Shown here piece by piece: positions 26,884 to 32,000 of a DNA stretch of 32,000 nucleotides. Both the position numbers and the translations under genes were made by a program. The stretch lies in NCBI GenBank assembly GCA_000175855.1, contig ACYB01000010.1:1-32000 (forward strand), written 5' to 3'. How positions within the stretch are numbered: position 1 is the first letter of the stretch; the number at the start of each line of letters is the position of its first letter. This stretch comes from Raphidiopsis brookii D9 (lineage in GTDB: Bacteria > Cyanobacteriota > Cyanobacteriia > Cyanobacteriales > Nostocaceae). The notes under the pieces were generated by a model. The model had not been told where the DNA came from, made no database searches, and saw only the letters and a program-made list of their open reading frames with translations.

Positions 26884-28203
26884 TTAGGTTGGTGAGCTGT
26901 GTGATTCCTGGGGATGGTTCGCATACCAATGGTGTAAGGCCAAGCGTTGGATTTCACGCCAAGGGAGATGATGCTGTCTAGCTAGATCGGCACAGTCCTC
27001 ATATTCAGGTTGCACATTAGTAATAACCTTTTGTGAAGTTTTACCTTGCCAAGCTACCTTCACAGCAACTTGACCATAGGGAGTTTGCACCGTTTGCATA
27101 TCTCTTTGTAAAACATGGCGTTGTTGGGTAGTATAACGAATACCCAAAGTGGTAGTTTCCCTAAATATTACCTCCTGACAACCGGTCAAATTTTCCGGAT
27201 GACAAATTGCAGTTAATAAAATTCCTGGCCGTGATTTTTTCATACCTATAGATTGGGTAAACACGTCCACCGCACCAGCAGTAAACAAAGCTTCAAAAAC
27301 ATAACCTATAGCTTGGGGACTCAAATCATCTATTTGGGTCTCCAAAACACAAATTGTCTCTTCCCCTTCCCCGGGGTGAGGATGAGCATCATTCACTTGT
27401 AACTTATGAATATGTAAATGATCTGGGGAAGTTTCACCTAGCCAAATGCGTAGTATATTAGGAATGGGTAAATCCAAAGAACCAGCACCCAATCCCACCT
27501 GCTTGAGCACCATCGGTGGGGGTGAACCAAAACCCCTCCCCAAAGTAGTGGCGATCGCTGCTCCTGTCGGTGTAACTAGTTCTCGATCAATACCATTACT
27601 ATATACGGGACAATTGGTCATTTCCCATAACTTTAACACTGCGGGTACGGGGACTGGCATTCTACCATGAGCAGCTCTGACCGTTCCCCCCCCCGTAGGA
27701 AAGGCTGAACAATAGACTAAGGGTAGCCCAGTTTGATCACTGTCTATTCCTAGCCAATCTAAGCTCAAACAGGTTCCCACAATATCTACAATCGCATCAA
27801 CGGCACCAACTTCATGAAAGTGAACTTTTTCAGGTCCAATGCCATGTACTGCGCCTTCTGCTACTGCTAATTGGCGGAATACAGCTAAACTCCAGTCAGC
27901 TGCTCTTGTGGGTAGATTAGCTGCGAGGATCATCTTTTCTATTTCTGGTAGATGACGACCATGGTGATGATGGTAATTATGATCGTGATCAGGATGGTGA
28001 CTGGTTAGGTTAACATGGATTTTAGTAGCTTGTTGAGTTTGACGATGAACTAACTCGCTTTCCAATTCATATTCCTGGTCAATCCCCAAACCCCCAAGTT
28101 TTTCCAGTAAGTAGTTGACAGGAACACCCAAACTTACGAAAGCGCCCAAACACATATCACCAGATATTCCCGTAGGACATTGAAAATAGGCAATTTTACT
28201 CAT
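26884..28203 (-). CDS. larC: Nickel-pincer cofactor biosynthesis protein LarC (DUF111 nickel insertion protein)
   Basis: 439-aa ORF with the N-terminal AYFQCPTGISGDMCLGA, a His-rich stretch HHPDHDHNYHHHHGRH, and HFHEVGAVDAIVDIVG. Confidence 0.85.
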   Translation of the reverse strand: MSKIAYFQCPTGISGDMCLGAFVSLGVPVNYLLEKLGGLGIDQEYELESELVHRQTQQATKIHVNLTSHHPDHDHNYHHHHGRHLPEIEKMILAANLPTRAADWSLAVFRQLAVAEGAVHGIGPEKVHFHEVGAVDAIVDIVGTCLSLDWLGIDSDQTGLPLVYCSAFPTGGGTVRAAHGRMPVPVPAVLKLWEMTNCPVYSNGIDRELVTPTGAAIATTLGRGFGSPPPMVLKQVGLGAGSLDLPIPNILRIWLGETSPDHLHIHKLQVNDAHPHPGEGEETICVLETQIDDLSPQAIGYVFEALFTAGAVDVFTQSIGMKKSRPGILLTAICHPENLTGCQEVIFRETTTLGIRYTTQQRHVLQRDMQTVQTPYGQVAVKVAWQGKTSQKVITNVQPEYEDCADLARQHHLPWREIQRLALHHWYANHPQESHSSPT

Positions 28204-28338
28204 AAAATGGTAATAATGATTAATCGTTTTTTGTGTTTCTGTTTAAACTGTAAGTTAAATTCTGAGGAGTTATAGGTAGCAATGATGTTTAAGTTGGAAA
28301 TTAATCTTTCACCCATTTATTTAGCTTATGGTTAGCTT

Positions 28339-28998
28339 ATGGCTAGAATTTTGGAAATTCATCCTGATAACCCACAAAATCGTCGGATAGAGGATATAAG
28401 GTTGGCACTTTCTGGTGGTGCTGTTATGCTTTATCCTACCGATACGGTTTATGCCATCGGTTGCGATTTAAATGCCAAGTCAGCTGTAGAAAGAGTTAAG
28501 AAAATTAAACGGTTGGCCAATGATAAACCATTAACCTTCCTATGTCCTTCTCTTTCTCGCGTAGCCACTTATGCCTTTGTCAGTGATATGGCTTATCGGA
28601 TTATGAAATCCTTGATACCAGGCCCCTACACTTTTTTGTTGCCTGCTACCAAGTTAGTACCGCGTCTGGTACAAAATCCTAAGCGTAAAACCACGGGGAT
28701 TCGAGTACCAAATCACCACCTGTGTTTGGCTTTACTAGAATCTTTGGGGAATCCCATTATCTCTACTTCGGCACATTTACCTCGCCATGACATGGATGAC
28801 CTAAATGTAGATGTAGATACTGACATGCTCCCATCCAAGATGGACCTCTTTAACCGTTTAGGTAGCTTGGTAGATATTATTATAGACACGGGTGAAGAGC
28901 CTAAGAATCAGGTATCTACTATTTTAGACTTGACGGATAATCAACCTATCATAACAAGAAAGGGAATGGGTTGGGAAGCAGTAGCAGCTTGGATATAA
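28339..28998 (+). CDS. tsaC: L-threonylcarbamoyladenylate synthase (YrdC/TsaC/Sua5 family)
   Basis: 219-aa ORF with YPTDTVYAIGCD, KPLTFLC, PGPYTFLLP, GIRVP and ISTSA motifs. Confidence 0.75.
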   Translation: MARILEIHPDNPQNRRIEDIRLALSGGAVMLYPTDTVYAIGCDLNAKSAVERVKKIKRLANDKPLTFLCPSLSRVATYAFVSDMAYRIMKSLIPGPYTFLLPATKLVPRLVQNPKRKTTGIRVPNHHLCLALLESLGNPIISTSAHLPRHDMDDLNVDVDTDMLPSKMDLFNRLGSLVDIIIDTGEEPKNQVSTILDLTDNQPIITRKGMGWEAVAAWI

Positions 28999-29239
28999 TC
29001 ACCTTGCCAATTTCAAGAGATGATCCTCATTTTGACTCTAACTCTTAATTTGATACTATTGCACCAAAAAATGCTCAATTCAGAAAATACAGCTTTAATA
29101 CTTCACGGTAACATACACCAAGACTATCCGCAAAAAATCTTCAAGGGAAGTGCAGGTGGTTTCATACCGGATAATGCCATGGAAGGACATCAATCGGTTG
29201 CGTTTAATTGTAGTTAAGGTGCAATACTCAGGAAAGGTC

Positions 29240-30454
29240 ATGAAAGCTAACCCCGTTAATCTGCCAAATTTTAGACCCGCTGTTGATGGTGACCCTGAAG
29301 ACTCACCACTTGCTAGTTCCAAAACCTTAGTACAACTCCTATCTGAGGAAATCGAGTCTCAAGTTAAAGCTTCCTCCGGATGTATACAAGCTGTTGTAAA
29401 TCGCATAACTAAGGAAGTAGAAAGAATTTGTGATAAAAGTTCCCGTATTCAAACTTCTGGACAAGTTAAGTCTTGGCAGGCTACTTTAGCTAAACATCGC
29501 TTACAAAAATGCCTACGCTACTATCAATTAGGATCAGGACAAGGAAGAGTAGAATTACATAGCAGTTTGGGTGCAATTGTATATCGTCACGTCACTACAG
29601 CTGGATCTGAACTAGGTTTTGAAGCCCGTTACAATCTAATTGAAGATTTTTTACAAGCATTTTATATTGAGGCCATTAAAGCCTTTCGTCGGGAAAACGA
29701 ATTAGGAGAAGATTATACACCACGCACTCAACTGGAATTAGCTGAGTATATGGCATTTACAGAGCAGTATGCTAAACGTCGGATTAATTTGCCCGGTGGA
29801 GCTAATCAACAGTTAATTGTGCTGCGAGCCCAGGGTTTTGCTCGTCGTCAACCCCAGGAAACAACGGTTGATATTGAAATGGCCGTGGATTCAGCTAAAA
29901 CGGAAGAAGCAGAATCTTACCAGCGCAATTTGGCAGTTCAGCAAATTCGCTCCCAAATGGTTGCTAAGTCTACCTTTGACCCCTCGGAAGAGTCGGAACG
30001 AGACCGGGTAATTACTGAGTTGATGAAGTATCTTCAATCTCAGGGTCAAGCGGACTGTATGAATTATTTGTCTTTGAAACTTCAGGATCTATCCGCACCA
30101 GAAATCGATCAAATTCTGGGACTAACCAGTCGTCAGCGCGATTATTTACAACAAAGATTTAAATACCACGTTGAAAAATTCGCTAAACAACACCATTGGC
30201 AATTAGTACATCAATGGTTGGGAGCTGGACTAGAACATAAGCTCGGTTTGTCCTCTCAACAATGGGATCTTTTCTGGAATCAATTGACTGAACAACAACA
30301 AAAAATCTTTCAACTTAAAACCACTATGGAAAATGACCAGGCGATCGCCAAGGCTGTGCAATGTACTCCTAAGCAGTTACAAAAGCGATGGACTCAAATG
30401 TTGGAATTGGCCTGGGCTATACGCAATGGAAATGTAGAAGTTAAGACTTGTTGA
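29240..30454 (+). CDS. HetZ-related protein (HetZ family; two C-terminal HTH-like segments)
   Basis: The ORF is open from 29150, but the ATG at 29240 (MKANPVNLPNF..., GGAAAGG just upstream) gives 404 aa, close to the roughly 400 aa I recall for HetZ. The overall sequence recalls the HetZ / HetZ-related families. APEIDQILGLTSRQRDYLQQRF and DQAIAKAVQCTPKQLQKRW look like sigma-region-4/LuxR-type HTH segments. Confidence 0.6.
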   Translation: MKANPVNLPNFRPAVDGDPEDSPLASSKTLVQLLSEEIESQVKASSGCIQAVVNRITKEVERICDKSSRIQTSGQVKSWQATLAKHRLQKCLRYYQLGSGQGRVELHSSLGAIVYRHVTTAGSELGFEARYNLIEDFLQAFYIEAIKAFRRENELGEDYTPRTQLELAEYMAFTEQYAKRRINLPGGANQQLIVLRAQGFARRQPQETTVDIEMAVDSAKTEEAESYQRNLAVQQIRSQMVAKSTFDPSEESERDRVITELMKYLQSQGQADCMNYLSLKLQDLSAPEIDQILGLTSRQRDYLQQRFKYHVEKFAKQHHWQLVHQWLGAGLEHKLGLSSQQWDLFWNQLTEQQQKIFQLKTTMENDQAIAKAVQCTPKQLQKRWTQMLELAWAIRNGNVEVKTC

Positions 30455-30468
30455 ACCGTTTGTTGACC

Positions 30469-30515
30469 ATGGGCAAAAGTTGAAAGTCTATTAGTTTTCC
30501 TATTGCCCATTTTCT
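30469..30515 (+). terminator. Possible terminator hairpin after the HetZ-related gene (long loop)
   Basis: atgggcaa (30469-30476) pairs with ttgcccat (30503-30510) and is followed by tttct. The 26-nt loop makes it atypical. Confidence 0.3.
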
Positions 30516-30557
30516 GCTAAACTACTTAATAATAAAAAGTGTATATTCAAAAATCAA

Positions 30558-30764
30558 ATGTTTGACGGATTCTGGAATAACGTATTTCGCTACCCCCGGT
30601 ACCTGGTAACTATAGTATTAGGTCTACTAGTTAATACATTTGATCCTCTAATTCCACTTTTAAAACGTCCAGTTACACTACTGGCCATTATAGGTCTGTT
30701 TGTGGGAGGGTTCTTCTTCCTTACCCTAACTCTCCGAGCTATGTTGGGACTAAGTGCAATCTAA
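30558..30764 (+). CDS. Ycf33-like / DUF751 small membrane protein
   Basis: 68-aa ORF. The N-terminal FWNNVFRYPRYLV followed by two hydrophobic helices matches my recollection of Ycf33. Confidence 0.6.
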   Translation: MFDGFWNNVFRYPRYLVTIVLGLLVNTFDPLIPLLKRPVTLLAIIGLFVGGFFFLTLTLRAMLGLSAI

Positions 30765-30830
30765 AAGGATTATTCCTATAAGATTCAGCTATCTATTGTT
30801 AAATCTCTATCAAAGGGCGGAATTTATAAT

Positions 30831-31193
30831 ATGGCTACAAATCGCCGTGTTTCCCGTGTTGCGGAATTAATTAAACGGGAGGTCAGCCAAATGTTACTCC
30901 ATGGTATTAAGGATGATCGGGTGGGTGTGGGTATGGTCAGCGTCACTGATGTGGATGTTTCAGGAGATTTACAACACGCTAAAATATTTGTCAGCATTTA
31001 TGGAACAGAAGAAGCAAAAGCCCAAACTATGGCGGGGTTAAAATCCGCTACCGGTTATGTTCGTAGTGAATTGGGCGCTAGGGTTAGATTACGTCGCACT
31101 CCAGAAGTGATTTTTGTGGAAGACCGTTCCTTAGAAAGGGGAACTAAAGTGTTAAATTTATTAAACCAACTTCAACAACAACGCGAAGATTGA
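30831..31193 (+). CDS. rbfA: 30S ribosome-binding factor RbfA
   Basis: 120-aa ORF with [37 protein letters not shown] and [13 protein letters not shown]. Confidence 0.9.
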   Translation: MATNRRVSRVAELIKREVSQMLLHGIKDDRVGVGMVSVTDVDVSGDLQHAKIFVSIYGTEEAKAQTMAGLKSATGYVRSELGARVRLRRTPEVIFVEDRSLERGTKVLNLLNQLQQQRED

Positions 31194-31348
31194 TATCCCG
31201 CCAAAATACTAGATCAGTTTGTAACTCTAGACATATTCACACTTCACTCAAATATGTTAATACTGTCTATATGGTACTTTCTATTATGTTTGTGCCTACT
31301 TTTTGGTTTGACTATTACTAGTACATTTAGTTTTGATGTTATATTTCC

Positions 31349-31377
31349 TTGACAAACTTCATATTTCTTTAGATAAT
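31349..31377 (+). promoter_or_regulatory. Near-consensus sigma70-type promoter upstream of the 31515 ORF
   Basis: TTGACA (31349-31354), a 17-nt spacer, then GATAAT (31372-31377). Confidence 0.4.
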
Positions 31378-31514
31378 TTATAGGTCTGTAGCGTCAAAAT
31401 AATAATAGTTCCGTATAGCAAACTACAAAACCTAGCCACAGGTCTAAATTATCACCATGTTTTCTCAATGAAAATTGGGAATAGTATCTAAACGTAAATT
31501 TGTGAGTAACAGCA

Positions 31515-31751
31515 ATGAGTGTAAATACGGTGCCTTCTATCAATTATTACTCTCTAGACGTAATCCAGTACGAAGCAAGCCAACTTGTGCGTAAGGGAAT
31601 AGTCAGTCGGCAACAGCCGATATACACACTCTGCCAGTACATCCCCGCTCGGGAATGGGTCTTTGTGGAATATGAGTTAGAAAAATGTGACTTTTTGTTG
31701 CGCGATCGCATTGGGGATTTGATTGGTCGAGAACAATGGGAAAATGACTAA
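31515..31751 (+). CDS. Small conserved cyanobacterial protein (possibly the DUF4327 family)
   Basis: 78-aa ORF. The segment VSRQQPIYTLCQYIPAREW...LLRDRIGDLIGREQWEND resembles a conserved cyanobacterial small-protein family as I recall it. Confidence 0.5.
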   Translation: MSVNTVPSINYYSLDVIQYEASQLVRKGIVSRQQPIYTLCQYIPAREWVFVEYELEKCDFLLRDRIGDLIGREQWEND

Positions 31752-31874
31752 TCAAGACTAGCCAGCAGTAATTAAGGAGGATCTCGAAGATCCCCAAGTT
31801 CCCTAAGTAGTAGTTAAGTAATTCATTTAATCTATGCTTGTCTAAAGTTACTGACTTTGGCAAGTATATTTTTC

Positions 31875-32000
31875 TCAGGAGGTGAGTTCCGTGTTTTGTA
31901 GGTACTGATTAATATCGTCGACCAAGCGGGTGAGATCTGCTTCTGTAGTTAAGCGAATGCCTAAATTGCGTACAGTGAGTAGAACTTTAGCTGCGAAGGG
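31875..32000 (-). CDS. 3' end (41 codons) of an unidentified gene entering from the right edge
   Basis: Reverse-strand frame open from position 32000 to the stop at 31875-31877. Translation is PFAAKVLLTVRNLGIRLTTEADLTRLVDDINQYLQNTELTS*. Confidence 0.45.
   Translation of the reverse strand, partial: PFAAKVLLTVRNLGIRLTTEADLTRLVDDINQYLQNTELTS

Noticed and set aside
29020-29322. ORFs 29020-29217 (+) and 29095-29322 (-) upstream of and overlapping the HetZ-related gene start
   Set aside because: The translations are low-complexity or hydrophobic-poor, with no RBS or motifs. They most likely lie in the promoter/5' UTR region of the HetZ-related gene.
31779-31793. Hairpin ggatct-cga-agatcc between the convergent genes at the right end
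   Set aside because: It has a 6-bp stem and a 3-nt loop with no flanking T-tract on either strand, which is too weak to call a terminator.
31603-31863. 86-aa minus-strand ORF overlapping the 31515-31751 gene
   Set aside because: The plus-strand ORF has the family-like sequence and a near-consensus promoter upstream. The antisense translation looks random.

Overview
Cyanobacterial chromosomal window. I count 21 copies of the HIP1 octamer GCGATCGC, and the gene content and protein sequences look Nostocales-like, but the taxon cannot be proven from sequence alone. Most of the window is ordinary housekeeping: proB, aroQ, topA, ndhB, an aromatic-amino-acid-type permease and a three-gene two-component cluster. 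Next comes an envelope-lipid cluster (LpxB-related glycosyltransferase, small membrane protein, MlaE/TGD1-like permease). Then trmB, a metallophosphoesterase, putA, purM, tsaB, ycf34, a CCA-adding enzyme, an SRPBCC protein, larC, a YrdC/TsaC-type protein, a HetZ-related protein, a ycf33-like gene and rbfA. The stand-out is the left 1.9 kb. It holds a head-to-tail array of at least three nearly identical minus-strand genes plus a 39-nt relic of a fourth. Each gene has a conserved N-terminal region, a heptad-rich coiled-coil segment and a C-terminal domain with a D..ExK (PD-(D/E)XK nuclease-like) motif. Every point difference I found between copies is synonymous. The copies differ instead by 0, 1 or at least 2 in-frame 75-bp (25-codon) repeat units in the coiled coil, so they form a length-graded family of uncharacterised nuclease-like proteins. 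The second theme is frame disruption at short homopolymers. The MlaE-like permease has a conserved transmembrane helix encoded out of frame between two compensating indels, and its N-terminus is probably broken. The bifunctional putA is split into two overlapping ORFs. These are either homopolymer sequencing errors or real slipped-strand lesions, and I cannot tell which from this sequence. I also report an unlisted 45-aa ORF translationally coupled to aroQ (TAATG), several short direct repeats in divergent intergenic regions, a terminator and a near-consensus promoter. I found no tRNA, rRNA, CRISPR array or transposase. All family assignments come from motif recognition by eye and memory, not from searches.
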